64,000 bases of DNA from Promethearchaeota archaeon (GCA_030603385.1 JAUVXW010000021.1:1-64000); one strand, 5' to 3'; counted from the stretch's first letter, positions 1-10,988 are shown. The notes: generated by a model not told the origin, from the sequence alone. Numbers and translations: made by a program.

Positions 1-790
1 GATGGAAATTGGATTGTAGCAGGTAGTACAGATAAAAAAATATATTTATTTGAAAAATTTGATCCTACTCCATTATGGGATTATTCAACAGGAGGAAATG
101 TAAGATCGGTTGCGATATCCTCAGATGGGAATTATATTGTAGCAGGTAGTACAGATAATAAAATATATTTATTTAATAAATCAAGCTCCACTCCACTATG
201 GGATTATTCAACAGGAGGAAATGTAGGATCGGTTGCAATATCCTCAGATGGAAATTGGATTGTAGCAGGTAGTACAGATAAAAAAATATATTTATTTGAA
301 AAATTTGATCCTACTCCATTATGGGATTATTCAACAGGAGGAATTGTAAGATCGGTTGCAATATCCTCGGATGGGAATTATGTTGTAGGAGGAAGCTATG
401 ACGACCGTGTATATTTATTTAATAAATCGAGCCCCACTCCACTATGGGATTATTCAACAGGAGGAATTGTAAGATCGGTTGCAATATCCTCAGATGGGAA
501 TTATATTGTAGGAGGAGGCTATGGCAACCGTGTATATTTATTTAATAAATCAAGCTCCACTCCACTATGGGATTATTTAACAGGAGGAAATGTAAGATCG
601 GTTGCAATATCCTCAGATGGGAACTATATTGTAGGAGGAAGCGATGACAACCGTGTATATTTATTTAATAAATCAAGCTCAACCCCACTATGGGATTATT
701 TAACAGAAGGAGATATAAGTTCAGTTGGAATATCCTCAGATGGAGCATACACAGTATTAGGAAATTTAGATTGGAATATTATATTTTTTT
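1..790 (+). repeat. Intragenic tandem repeat with a 123-nt (41-aa) unit, at least 6 copies
   Basis: Units start at 1, 124, 247, 370, 493, 616 and 739 and are near-identical at nucleotide level. Confidence 0.9.
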
Positions 791-1512
791 TTAATTATCC
801 CCTTGATCATATTACATTAATTAATATCGCAGGGAGGGCAGATATTGATGGCGATTTTGATTTAATATGGACCCACTTTAAGAACGCTGATAACTATTCG
901 ATTTATTATTCTACTAGGTATATACATGAAGTAAATGAAAGTGTATCATTACTTAAAAGTAATATCACTACTAATTCTTATTCGGTAGAAGAGTTTAGGG
1001 CAGGTGAATATTATTTTAAAATAGTGGCGTATCTTAAAACAGGAAACTTTAGTTCTAATTGTATTTTTATAAAAATAGGATCAATTCCACTTAATTTATT
1101 TAACCAAATTTTCTTATTAGTAATAATTCCAATAATAGTTGGAATGGTATCCATTAGTTCTTCTGTGGGAGCTTATTATGCTGTAAGAAGATATAAACAA
1201 AAAAAATCATTATTTGAAATTTCGAAAGAACCAGGATATAAAACGTCTCAAGAACTAATAGAAGAAATCAAAGAAGATACTCCCTTCATTAAAAATTATA
1301 TAGATACATATTATCAATATGAAGAGGTTCCAAAAATTAAGGATTACATATTTTCCAGGCTCACCTCTGGGGAATTGCAAAAGCTTGATTTGATTGAATT
1401 ATCACCGCAAGAAAAAAAAAAGTTTATAAAAGAAATCATAAACCTTGAACCTCAAGAAAGGAAGCAATTAATTGATGAGATGTTAAAAAATCAAGAAGAA
1501 ATTCAAAAATGA
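1..1512 (+). CDS. Membrane-anchored WD40/PQQ-like beta-propeller protein with FN3-like domain, one TM helix and cytoplasmic tail (5'-truncated by window)
   Basis: Frame 1 is open from position 1 to TGA at 1510-1512. It encodes 41-aa repeats (DGNYIVAGSTDNKIYLFNKSSSTPLWDYSTGGNVRSVAISS), then FN3-like DGDFDLIW...YSIY...GEYYFKIVA, a hydrophobic helix and a basic stop-transfer. The ORF track only calls the last 162 aa. Confidence 0.85.
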   Translation, partial: DGNWIVAGSTDKKIYLFEKFDPTPLWDYSTGGNVRSVAISSDGNYIVAGSTDNKIYLFNKSSSTPLWDYSTGGNVGSVAISSDGNWIVAGSTDKKIYLFEKFDPTPLWDYSTGGIVRSVAISSDGNYVVGGSYDDRVYLFNKSSPTPLWDYSTGGIVRSVAISSDGNYIVGGGYGNRVYLFNKSSSTPLWDYLTGGNVRSVAISSDGNYIVGGSDDNRVYLFNKSSSTPLWDYLTEGDISSVGISSDGAYTVLGNLDWNIIFFFNYPLDHITLINIAGRADIDGDFDLIWTHFKNADNYSIYYSTRYIHEVNESVSLLKSNITTNSYSVEEFRAGEYYFKIVAYLKTGNFSSNCIFIKIGSIPLNLFNQIFLLVIIPIIVGMVSISSSVGAYYAVRRYKQKKSLFEISKEPGYKTSQELIEEIKEDTPFIKNYIDTYYQYEEVPKIKDYIFSRLTSGELQKLDLIELSPQEKKKFIKEIINLEPQERKQLIDEMLKNQEEIQK

Positions 1513-1934
1513 GAAAATCAAATTATATTAAACGCTCGTGCCATCCAATAAACAATTAAATAAGATATAGGTACTGCTTAGAAGAGACCATTACTAGAAG
1601 AATTTTTTTCTAAATATTTAAGAAAGAACTTCTGAAAATTAAAAGAAATACGTTCTATTTATTAATTTCTAAAAGTTATAAGTTTCCTGTATTGATCTCT
1701 AAGACATAAATCATTGGAAAAATTGGATATGGTAATCTCTTTGTTCTTTACCAATGTTTCTTCCCTTTCCTTGTAGTTCTTTTAGCAAAAGGTATTTCAT
1801 AAAAATGTATTTATAAAAAGCTTTTAATTAAATTAGGTCCTACTTATCTACGATTAAATTATATAGTTAGCTTAATTTCACCTTAAAAATGTTGCCTTAC
1901 AATATTTTTTCAATTTTTTTTATAAAATGTACAA

Positions 1935-2198
1935 TCAGTTTGTTAATAGCTTTGGAAATCTATTTTCCATTGATAATTCTTTTTCAATAACTTTACTTAA
2001 TAATTCTTCACGTTCTTTACCCGCAAGAATCTCGAGTTTCCTTATTCCTAACGGATCTACTTTTTCTCCTAAAAGTGTAATTTCTTTTACGGTAGGACGT
2101 TTGGTTTCCTTAACATCTTTTGGAATAATTAAATCAAACCCAGTTGAGTCTTTAACTGTTTCAATATCTACTCCTGAATGAATAGATGCTAATCTCAT
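1935..2198 (-). pseudogene. C-terminal fragment of a CoA-transferase beta subunit (paralog of 16386-17258)
   Basis: The 87 aa align with the last ~86 aa of the 16386-17258 protein (KDSTGF.LIIP...EKVDPL.IRKLE.L.GKEREELL). The N-terminal two-thirds is missing. Confidence 0.8.
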
Positions 2199-2213
2199 TC
2201 TTTTTTATACTTC

Positions 2214-3164
2214 TTATTTGGTTAATTCTGAAGACATCAAATATATCTCAGATGTAATTTTTTGATAAATCGCTCGTAAGACAATTTCAAAAGCCTTATT
2301 TTCAATATTTTGAGGTACTCCTAGATTCTCTAAAGTCTCTATGATTTTTCCTGGTTTTTTTAACTTAAAATCAATATTAAAATCATCTTCTCCTAATTTT
2401 TTTTGCATTTTGGATAATTCTTGAATAGAGATTTTTGGTATATTAAACTTAAATTCAATTTTATTATTTAATAAGGTTTTTTCTATATTCTTCCTACTTT
2501 TTGATGGCTGAGCTAGACTTAAATCAGTAAATATTTCACTCTTAGGCTTTCCTCGTAATTCTAATAATAAAAATGGATTAAAATCTATAACTCGTGCGAG
2601 ATATAAAATTACAGCTGCAATGTGTTTACACGGGATTGCCTTATCAGGACAAGAACAAGTGGCATTTAAACCTTTTGATGCATCTGGAAATAATGAGCAT
2701 TTACTCTTATTAAAAATAGTAATTATTTCTTCTGGTAATGATCCTTCTAATAATTCTATAATATTGATGGTTTTATTTGTAAGTTTTTTTAGTATAATTT
2801 TCCATTCTTCTTCTAGGATGGTTTCAAATCTTATTTTTACTCGATATGGTGTTGGAGCAGTACCTTGCACTGTTGCAAAAATCTGACCTGGGATAATGGA
2901 AAAATTATCTAATCGCCTTTTATCTCTTACATATTCAATTCCTCTTTGCATTCTAAAGGGACGTCCAATTTTTAAATTTGATTGAATCCATTGTTTTCCC
3001 CATGATGTTTGAGCAAAGTTTATAAGATCTATTTTAATTTGTTCTACTTCTTCATGAGTACGTTGTCTTTCAAATTCAGTCTTTTTTTGAGATATTTCCT
3101 GTTTTTTTCGTTTGATCCTTCTATTATTCATGAATTCTTTTTTTCGGTTATCTATTTTTATCAC
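2214..3164 (-). CDS. SWIM zinc-finger protein (partner of SNF2 helicase)
   Basis: CSCPD...PCKHIAAV SWIM motif, R..RG..Y N-terminal motif, adjacent to the SNF2 gene. Confidence 0.9.
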   Translation of the reverse strand: MIKIDNRKKEFMNNRRIKRKKQEISQKKTEFERQRTHEEVEQIKIDLINFAQTSWGKQWIQSNLKIGRPFRMQRGIEYVRDKRRLDNFSIIPGQIFATVQGTAPTPYRVKIRFETILEEEWKIILKKLTNKTINIIELLEGSLPEEIITIFNKSKCSLFPDASKGLNATCSCPDKAIPCKHIAAVILYLARVIDFNPFLLLELRGKPKSEIFTDLSLAQPSKSRKNIEKTLLNNKIEFKFNIPKISIQELSKMQKKLGEDDFNIDFKLKKPGKIIETLENLGVPQNIENKAFEIVLRAIYQKITSEIYLMSSELTK

Positions 3165-3173
3165 CTCTAATTT

Positions 3174-6100
3174 TTAATCACTTAATACTAATAATTCTTT
3201 TAGTTTTTCAGTATTCAAATTAGAAATCCAAGATTCTCCGGTGGAGGTTACGATTTTTTCTGATAAATCTCGTTTTTCCTCTAATAATGAGTCGATTTTT
3301 TCTTCAATCGATCTATGTGTAATGAATTTATATACATTCACCATAGATTTTTGACCAATTCGATAAGCTCTGTCTGTAGCTTGGTCTTCAACTGCTGGAT
3401 TCCACCACCTGTCAAAATGAATAACCGTCGTTCCTTGGGTTAAATTTAACCCAGTTCCCCCTGCTTTTAGAGATAAAATTAATATTGGAGGACTTTCAAT
3501 ATTTTCTGATTGAAATTCGTCTATTATTTCACTTCTTTTTTTCTCAGGTACACTACCATGAAAGTAAAGAATTTTAAATTTATACTTCCATTCAAGTATT
3601 TTTTTTATTATTGATCCCATCTGTGTAAATTGGGTAAAAATCAAAACTTTCTCCCCATTGGAAATAACTTCATCAGTAATTTCTAATAATCTTTCCAACT
3701 TATTTGATTGGGAAATAATTTTTTTTATTTCTTTATCAGTTCCAATTGATGTGATATCTTTTTTGAGATATTGATAGGGATGGTTACAAATTTGCTTTAA
3801 TTTAACTAATAAGGCTAAGATTAATCCCCTTTTCTTTCTATTATCGATTGTGCTGTCATTAATCGTTATTAATGTCTCTTTGGTAAGATCTTTATACAAT
3901 ATCACTTGCTCCTTAGTCAATTCTATTGTTAATTTCATTTCATTTTTTTCAGGCAAGTCTTTTATTATTGATCTATCGGATTTAACACGGCGTAAAATAA
4001 AGGGAGCGATGATTATCTTTAAATCATTAATTGCTTCTTGATTTTGAAATCGTTCAATAGGTAAGATAAACCTATCTTGAAATTCCTCTCTATTTCCTAA
4101 AAGACCAGGATTTAAAAAATTAAAAAGTGACCAAAGTTCAAGTAAACGATTTTCTATTGGAGTTCCGCTTAAACAAATTCGATATTGACTTTTCAGTTTG
4201 TATATTGCTAGGGTCTGTTTTGAAATATAATTCTTCATATTTTGACTCTCATCTATAATAATGCCACTAAACTGAATTGTTTCGAGGAAATCAATATCAT
4301 TTCTAATAGTTCCATAAGATGTTAGAAATATTCGATGTGCTTTTAAAAATTCTGGAATCTCTGAGGCGTTTTTATATCGATTAGGACCATGATGAAGTAT
4401 AACTTCTAAATTGGGTGCAAATTTCTTAAATTCACGATGCCAATTAAACAGTACTGAAGTAGGACAGACAACTAAAACACTACCCTTATTATTCGGATAT
4501 TTTTCTTTTATATGAAGCAAAAACGCAATTACTTGAATAGTTTTCCCAAGACCCATGTCATCAGCTAAACACAATCCAAAGTTGAGTTTTGTCATATTTA
4601 CCATCCATTTAAGGCCTGCTTCCTGATATTTACGCAGTTTTCCATTAAAAGTTGAAGGACAAGGGATTTCTTCAAAAGAATCTATAGATTGTATACGTGT
4701 AATTATTTCGTGTAAGGTTCCTTCAACAATTACATCATACTTAGTACCGTTTTCTTGTAGTTGGACCTTCCCAATTAATCCTAATTTTAAGACATCTAAA
4801 TAATTTTTCACTTGGAATTTCTTAATATTCCTTAAATCTTCGACATCGTTTTGGTCAATTAATATCCATTTTCCATTTAAATTGACTAATGGTTCGTTAG
4901 AATCAATTAAATTATTAAATTCTTCTTCTGTAATTTTCTTTCCTTCAATTCTAGCTTCCCATTTAGTATCTAACATTGAATCGATATCAAATATAGATGG
5001 TAAAACACTAGTTAATCCTCTTTTTTTCTTCGCATCCTCTTTTGAACGAATAATTAAGCGGGTGGTTAAACGTTGCTTTCCACCTAATGTAAACACTTCA
5101 GGTAGAATAATGTTAAATCCACTTTGAATTAGCAAATCTTTTGGGTATTTTAAAAATTCCATTACCTCGCTCGAAGTAAGTTTAATCTCATTTTGAATGT
5201 TTTCTAAAAAGGCTTTTTTAATTGGTGGAAATATCTTTGACGCTGCTCCTAGAGCTCTTAAAATTATTTCCAAATATTGCTCATCACCTTCAAAGATTTT
5301 TGAATAAATCTCCTTTTTTAGTTCATGTCCTTCCCAGAGCTCATTTAAAGGTATAGATTTAGTTTCATCATGAGATGAGAGGAAAATTTTTAATAGCCAA
5401 CCATCTTCTACCTTTTTTGGATATTTTAATTCAAAACTTAACGCAAAATCATACCTTAATTGAAATCCTAATGCAGATTGAGTCCAATTCTGAATTAATG
5501 CCGGTAAAATAGATTCATAAAATTCATCAACTCTAAAGACATTATCCTTTTTAATAAGTGTTTTAAGAAATTTATAATCCCAATTTAATCTAAAATCTGG
5601 ATCTACTTCTTTTTTTATTTCAGTGCTATAAAATTCATCAAAAGTTTGAAATTTACTTTTTTTTAAGGTAGAACGTATCAAATAATCCCCAACACTATCC
5701 AAAAATACTGAAAAAAGGTAAGAAGGGTGCCAAAGACCATTCGTTTTAATCACCCCATTTTCATGAAAATTATTTATAGGAAGACAAAAAGCTGACCAAG
5801 AACTATGATTCAAAATAGATTTAAAACGATCATTATCATATTGAGATTTTAAAATTAACCGCCATTGGCTATTATACAGCTTCTCCATAGTCGGCTCTAT
5901 TACAGGGACAAATTGACCTTTATTTAATAGTTCAAATACTAATTTTGTTAGAAGAGCCCATGTTTTAATGGAATTACTATAATGTATTCTACTTCGATCC
6001 AAATTTTCAATTATTTCCAATTGGTAAAGTAATTTTGTAGCAGGTAAAATTGGCATGATTTTTCCTATATGTGATATAACTTCAAAATGTTTCTCTGAAT

Positions 6101-6371
6101 AGATTTCATTTTTTTCTGCTTTTGATTTGTAAGAAGGAATCGCAAGGTTAATTTTGCATGTTAGAAGTTTTTTTAGTGGTATACTTGGAAATGTAAGTTT
6201 GATATGCTCATTGAGCTTTTTATCTGATTGATTCGAAGGAATCCACAAAATAAAAAAGCTACTCTTTGCAGGAGGCTGTTCTCCTATAGAAATTACTTCA
6301 AAATTACTTGATGGATCATTCCAATACGTTGCGGGAATATAAAGTAATTGAAGTTTATTAACTACATTCAT
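3174..6371 (-). CDS. SNF2/SWI2-family helicase/translocase
   Basis: LADDMGLGKT, DESQ, LSGTPIEN, KAGGTGLNL and QATDRAYRIGQ motifs. Confidence 0.95.
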   Translation of the reverse strand: MNVVNKLQLLYIPATYWNDPSSNFEVISIGEQPPAKSSFFILWIPSNQSDKKLNEHIKLTFPSIPLKKLLTCKINLAIPSYKSKAEKNEIYSEKHFEVISHIGKIMPILPATKLLYQLEIIENLDRSRIHYSNSIKTWALLTKLVFELLNKGQFVPVIEPTMEKLYNSQWRLILKSQYDNDRFKSILNHSSWSAFCLPINNFHENGVIKTNGLWHPSYLFSVFLDSVGDYLIRSTLKKSKFQTFDEFYSTEIKKEVDPDFRLNWDYKFLKTLIKKDNVFRVDEFYESILPALIQNWTQSALGFQLRYDFALSFELKYPKKVEDGWLLKIFLSSHDETKSIPLNELWEGHELKKEIYSKIFEGDEQYLEIILRALGAASKIFPPIKKAFLENIQNEIKLTSSEVMEFLKYPKDLLIQSGFNIILPEVFTLGGKQRLTTRLIIRSKEDAKKKRGLTSVLPSIFDIDSMLDTKWEARIEGKKITEEEFNNLIDSNEPLVNLNGKWILIDQNDVEDLRNIKKFQVKNYLDVLKLGLIGKVQLQENGTKYDVIVEGTLHEIITRIQSIDSFEEIPCPSTFNGKLRKYQEAGLKWMVNMTKLNFGLCLADDMGLGKTIQVIAFLLHIKEKYPNNKGSVLVVCPTSVLFNWHREFKKFAPNLEVILHHGPNRYKNASEIPEFLKAHRIFLTSYGTIRNDIDFLETIQFSGIIIDESQNMKNYISKQTLAIYKLKSQYRICLSGTPIENRLLELWSLFNFLNPGLLGNREEFQDRFILPIERFQNQEAINDLKIIIAPFILRRVKSDRSIIKDLPEKNEMKLTIELTKEQVILYKDLTKETLITINDSTIDNRKKRGLILALLVKLKQICNHPYQYLKKDITSIGTDKEIKKIISQSNKLERLLEITDEVISNGEKVLIFTQFTQMGSIIKKILEWKYKFKILYFHGSVPEKKRSEIIDEFQSENIESPPILILSLKAGGTGLNLTQGTTVIHFDRWWNPAVEDQATDRAYRIGQKSMVNVYKFITHRSIEEKIDSLLEEKRDLSEKIVTSTGESWISNLNTEKLKELLVLSD

Positions 6372-6498
6372 ATATTAATTTCGCTCAAAATCTATGAGAT
6401 ATTTCTATTTTAATATAAAATATTAATTAATTAATGGTGGAAACCTTTTTTTCATAGATAATTCTTTTTTGATAATTTCATTTAGTGATTTCTTACAG

Positions 6499-7956
6499 TT
6501 ATAAATTTCCTGTAACTCTTTTTTTCTCATCAATATCGATGAGTTCTTGCGCATAGGCTCTGTATAATTTTTTATATACCCTTACATTCTGCTTGATTGG
6601 CTCTTTTACATCAGTGAATCTTATCATATTAGTTATTGCATTACCTAAGCTTTCATATCTCTTGGAATTGTAAAAGACCAATATTGCAGCACCTAAAGCA
6701 GCAGCATCTTTTACTTCTGGGATTAAAATCTTTTTTGAGGTAACATCTGCAAGAATTTGTGCCCATAGTGGGCTGTTCATTGCGCCCCCATCAGCTCTTA
6801 CTTCGGATACTTTTCTTCCTCCTATAGCCTCTAGCATTTCAAGACACATTTGAGCGCCTAAACAAGCAGATTCCATGATGGCACGTATAAAGTGAGCTCT
6901 TGTATGATTCCATCCTAATCCGTGAATAGTACCTTTTCTAAACATGTATAAAGGTATGAAAAGTAAACCTTCACTACCAGGTGGGATAGTTGATGCTTCA
7001 TTTGCTAACATATCATAAACATTTTTTTTTTCTTCAGAACTTTGGTTAACTTGTAATTGAGAAAAATTATCTTTAAACCATTTCAGCATAGAACCTGCTC
7101 CAAACATAGCACCTTCAATATGCCACTTTTTTTTAATAACGGAGGGATATGAAAAAATTGGAGCATCTTCAGACGGTTTTACAGGATTATCAACAACGTA
7201 ATCAACAAAGGTTCCAGTTCCAATGGTAATTTTTGTTTGATATGTTTCTATAACCCCTAATCCTAAAGCAGCACATTGTTGATCCCCTCCTCCCATAAAA
7301 ATTGGAAGATTTTTTTTTAATCCTAATTCTTTTGCAGCTACATTAGATAATTCTCCTATAACTTCTCCAGGGAAATAAACATCAGGCCATAAGTCAATGG
7401 GGATTTCATAATGTTCCGCTAAATTCTCATCCCATTTTAAAGTATTATAATTTAAGATTCCCATTACTCCATTGGTAGGATCAGTCGCAATTACGTTGCA
7501 TAATCTATTATAAACATATGTATCTACAAATGAAATTTTCGATATCTTTTTGAATACCTCTGGTTTATTTTTTTTAATCCAGAGAGTTTTTGGAATTGTC
7601 CTCCTTGTTCCCTCTTCCTTAAACCAATCCTTCGCGCTAGTCTCTTCTCTCCCATCCATCCAGGTTAAAGCAGGATGTAATACAATTCCTTTATTATCTA
7701 AAAAAGTAACAGTCTGTCTTTGAAATGCAGCTCCAATTCCTATTATGTCATTGATGTTAATTTTTTTTACCACATCATTGCATGTTTTTCTTATTGCATT
7801 CCACCATATCAAAGGATCTTGTTCTGATATTCCCTTAGGTTGCTTAGGAATAGTATATTCTTCATAGGATTTTGCTATTAGCTTCCCATTAACATCAAAT
7901 ATAAAGGTTCTAGCTCCTGTTGTTCCAACGTCAAAAACACATGCTAATTCACTCAT
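6499..7956 (-). CDS. FGGY-family carbohydrate kinase (xylulose/glycerol kinase-like)
   Basis: FDVGTTGAR, GGGDQQCAALG, GTG and ADGGAMNS motifs; divergent from glpA. Confidence 0.9.
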   Translation of the reverse strand: MSELACVFDVGTTGARTFIFDVNGKLIAKSYEEYTIPKQPKGISEQDPLIWWNAIRKTCNDVVKKININDIIGIGAAFQRQTVTFLDNKGIVLHPALTWMDGREETSAKDWFKEEGTRRTIPKTLWIKKNKPEVFKKISKISFVDTYVYNRLCNVIATDPTNGVMGILNYNTLKWDENLAEHYEIPIDLWPDVYFPGEVIGELSNVAAKELGLKKNLPIFMGGGDQQCAALGLGVIETYQTKITIGTGTFVDYVVDNPVKPSEDAPIFSYPSVIKKKWHIEGAMFGAGSMLKWFKDNFSQLQVNQSSEEKKNVYDMLANEASTIPPGSEGLLFIPLYMFRKGTIHGLGWNHTRAHFIRAIMESACLGAQMCLEMLEAIGGRKVSEVRADGGAMNSPLWAQILADVTSKKILIPEVKDAAALGAAILVFYNSKRYESLGNAITNMIRFTDVKEPIKQNVRVYKKLYRAYAQELIDIDEKKRVTGNL

Positions 7957-8085
7957 ATACAGCTCAATTATCCAAATTTTTAGCTTTTTACCTTTAGAAA
8001 CACTAAATCAATAAAGATTTTTAATCACACTAAATAATTTAATAATATAATTATCAAAAGAATTTAAAAAAGAGCTTTTAGAAGG

Positions 8086-9777
8086 ATGGTAATCATGAAA
8101 GATCTAGTGAAAAAATTATTTGAAAAAACTTGGAATTTCAAAAATAGAGACACTATTATCCATAAATTGCAGGAAACGGATTATGATATTTTAATCATTG
8201 GTGGAGGTATTACAGGAGCAGGGATTGCACGAGAAGCTGCGATGAGAGGATTAAAAGTGGGTTTAGTTGAGATGCAAGATTTTGCATCAGGTACTTCCTC
8301 TAGAAGCTCAAAATTAGCCCATGGGGGGCTAAGATATCTCGCTTATGGAGAATTAGATTTAGTTAAAGAGGCAACAACTGAAAGAAACTGGATGAGAGCT
8401 CATATTCCTCATTTAATTAGACCAGTACCATTTTTATGGGTTAATTGGAAAGGAGATACTCTAGAGATACAGTCAATAAAATCAGCTTTAAACCTTTATG
8501 ATTCCTTAAGTGATGATTCACAAGAATTTAAAAACTTCAAAAAATATCAATGGTTCTCAGCAGAAGAGCTGCAAAAGTTAGAACCCGAAATTAAAAATAA
8601 AATGAGTCAAGGGGGCGCAATATATTATGACACCAACGTGGATGATGCTCGATTAACGATTGAAACCTTAAAGGAAGCTGTGATCAGGGGGGCTGATGTT
8701 ATTAGCTATTGCAAAGTAATAGATTACATTATGGAAGAAGATAAGATCACTGGGATTAAATGCCAAGATCTGGAGAATAATAAAGATTTTAAAATTAAAG
8801 CAAGTCTAATTGTGAATGCTACAGGAATTTGGAGTGATAATCTAATTAATAATTATCCTGAATTTGTACCCAAACCTTTAATCAGACCGACTAAAGGCGT
8901 CCACCTAATATTTAAAAGAAAACATATACGAAACGAAAATGGCGTAATAATACGTTCCATATCACAGGAACGTGGGTTTTTTGTCTTACCTCGAGGTGAT
9001 TTTACCATAATTGGTACCACAGACACAGATTTTAAAGGAGATATTGCTAATCCCTTTTGCAGTAAAGAGGATGCAGATGATCTAATTAATTCTGTGAAAT
9101 ATTATTTCCCTAATGCTGATATAGGATATAACAATCTTATAGCAACTTATGCTGGGGTCAGACCTTTAGTTAAAGAGATTGGGAAGTCAGAGAGAGATGT
9201 TTCTCGAAAACATCTAATTTTCTTCAATAAACATGGGTTACTTTCAATAGCAGGAGGAAAATTAACAACTATGAGAAGGATGGCTGAAGATTTGCTCGAA
9301 ATTGTCGCAAAAGAGCAAATTTTTTTAGATATTACTAAAGATAAAGGATTTTCAAAACAAAAATTTCTTATTGGACTAGACCATGAAGAATGGCAAGAAT
9401 TTCTCAAACAAAATGATCTTGGATTAGATGATAAGATTACTCATCATCTATATCAACAATATGGCCGTGGTGCTTTTGAAATAATGAAACTTATCGCAGA
9501 AAAACCTAGTTTAGGTGAAAGAATAATAGATGAAAATGATTTCATTAAAGCAGAGGTAATTTATATATTACATCATGAATTAACAACCCATTTAATAGAT
9601 GTCTTTTGCAGAAGGACAGAAATGAGTTTGTTTATAGATCATCGAAAACAATCAGATGCCGCTAAAAAAGTTGCAGATATTATGGCAGACGAATACCGAT
9701 GGGATGAAGATAAAAAGAATCGAGAAATCAAAACTTACCTTGAATATAATAGGAAAACTCTTGAATTTATTGGGTAA
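8086..9777 (+). CDS. glpA: FAD-dependent glycerol-3-phosphate dehydrogenase (GlpA/GlpD family)
   Basis: IIGGGITGAG, DFASGTSSRSSKLAHGGLRYL, YAGVRPL and GGKLTT motifs. Confidence 0.9.
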   Translation: MVIMKDLVKKLFEKTWNFKNRDTIIHKLQETDYDILIIGGGITGAGIAREAAMRGLKVGLVEMQDFASGTSSRSSKLAHGGLRYLAYGELDLVKEATTERNWMRAHIPHLIRPVPFLWVNWKGDTLEIQSIKSALNLYDSLSDDSQEFKNFKKYQWFSAEELQKLEPEIKNKMSQGGAIYYDTNVDDARLTIETLKEAVIRGADVISYCKVIDYIMEEDKITGIKCQDLENNKDFKIKASLIVNATGIWSDNLINNYPEFVPKPLIRPTKGVHLIFKRKHIRNENGVIIRSISQERGFFVLPRGDFTIIGTTDTDFKGDIANPFCSKEDADDLINSVKYYFPNADIGYNNLIATYAGVRPLVKEIGKSERDVSRKHLIFFNKHGLLSIAGGKLTTMRRMAEDLLEIVAKEQIFLDITKDKGFSKQKFLIGLDHEEWQEFLKQNDLGLDDKITHHLYQQYGRGAFEIMKLIAEKPSLGERIIDENDFIKAEVIYILHHELTTHLIDVFCRRTEMSLFIDHRKQSDAAKKVADIMADEYRWDEDKKNREIKTYLEYNRKTLEFIG

Positions 9778-9981
9778 ATTTTTCGTCTCTTTAGTTATTT
9801 TTCATAGATTTTACTTTAAATTTTTAGCCGAAATGCTATGGAGGTTACCACATGCAATTCCTAATATCGTTATTATCGATATTATGAATATGGAAGAAGT
9901 CTCTGAGAAAGATTTTATTTGTATGGCTCGTGAGTCGGCATAATTTTAAACACGTAATTATTAATCAATCTTGATTAAGAT

Positions 9982-10380
9982 TTATTTAATTAAAGCAAGC
10001 CTTTCACGATGGCTTGAGAATTGGTTAGATAGGATCCGATGTTTACAATCGTCCCATTTTTTACGAACAGAATAAAAATATTCAGAAATTTCCAAGATAT
10101 CTCCAAAAACAACCTTATAATTGTCAATAATAGAGATTTGAATATATATCGGAAATAGTTCAAATACCCTAACATCAAATGTTAAAGGAAATTTACCTAA
10201 TAGTTTCTCTTGTAATTCTATATTCTTTTCTACATTTTTTTCAAGGGAAATCACTGCTATATCAATATCTGAATTGGGGCGAGCACCTCCTTCTACGTGA
10301 GATCCATACAGAATAACATCATATTTTTCCTTTAATGGTCTCAGGTTCTCCCGTAATTCCTCAATCTCAAGAGATTTCAT
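9982..10380 (-). CDS. Minimal nucleotidyltransferase (MNT) antitoxin
   Basis: LYGS...SDIDIAV Pol-beta motif, 132 aa, overlapping the HEPN gene. Confidence 0.85.
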   Translation of the reverse strand: MKSLEIEELRENLRPLKEKYDVILYGSHVEGGARPNSDIDIAVISLEKNVEKNIELQEKLLGKFPLTFDVRVFELFPIYIQISIIDNYKVVFGDILEISEYFYSVRKKWDDCKHRILSNQFSSHRERLALIK

Positions 10381-10771
10381 TTAAAATCTCCTCCACCACT
10401 TTTATCCACTTTGATAATAGATCTTTAATTTCTTCAACTGAATTTAAGATGATCTGTTCTTCAAAATCGTTGTAACGATGGACTATGATATTTCGCATAC
10501 CATTAGCTTTTTTCAATTTCACTCCTAATTCAGATTTTAGTTTTCGTTTTTTAACAATTTCAGAAATATTTGTATTATCATCTTTGACTTGAATCCCTAG
10601 ATCTTTTGTAAGCATTGCAATTAAATCTACAATTGCTTCGATAGAAGTTTGTAATGAATAGAATATTCCACGTTTTTCAAGTTCATTTTTTGGTTCAAAT
10701 GGTAAGTCCTTTATATAATCCACAACGTGGTTGATTTTGTCGCGATAACGTTTAATTCTCAGTTCATCCAT
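10367..10771 (-). CDS. HEPN/DUF86 (HepT-like) RNase toxin
   Basis: GMRNIIVHRY (Rx4H) motif; paired with MNT. Confidence 0.9.
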   Translation of the reverse strand: MDELRIKRYRDKINHVVDYIKDLPFEPKNELEKRGIFYSLQTSIEAIVDLIAMLTKDLGIQVKDDNTNISEIVKKRKLKSELGVKLKKANGMRNIIVHRYNDFEEQIILNSVEEIKDLLSKWIKVVEEILNEIS

Positions 10772-10906
10772 TCGAAATCACTATAAAAATACTTTTACGC
10801 CTATATATAAAATCATCTTTCTGTTATTTATACTATATCAAAGTATTTTTAAAATACAGATAAATTTGAAACAGAATAAAAATGAATAAAAAATTGGTTT
10901 AAATAT

Positions 10907-10988
10907 CTAATTTTCACGTGGAGGGAGCATTCTTACCATTCTTTGCCCTTCAATAAGAGAAATTGCATTTTCGGGGCAATGATAAGCG
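10907..10988 (-). pseudogene. Remnant C-terminus of a 4Fe-4S ferredoxin-like domain
   Basis: AYHCPENAISLIEGQR... matches the tail of a CxxCxxCxxxCP motif. The upstream cysteines are absent. Confidence 0.4.

Noticed and set aside
1-790. Regular repeats resembling a CRISPR array
   Set aside because: They are 123-nt in-frame coding repeats without unique spacers, and no cas genes are present.
1513-1930. Possible degraded gene in the intergenic region
   Set aside because: Only short broken frames with no recognisable family.
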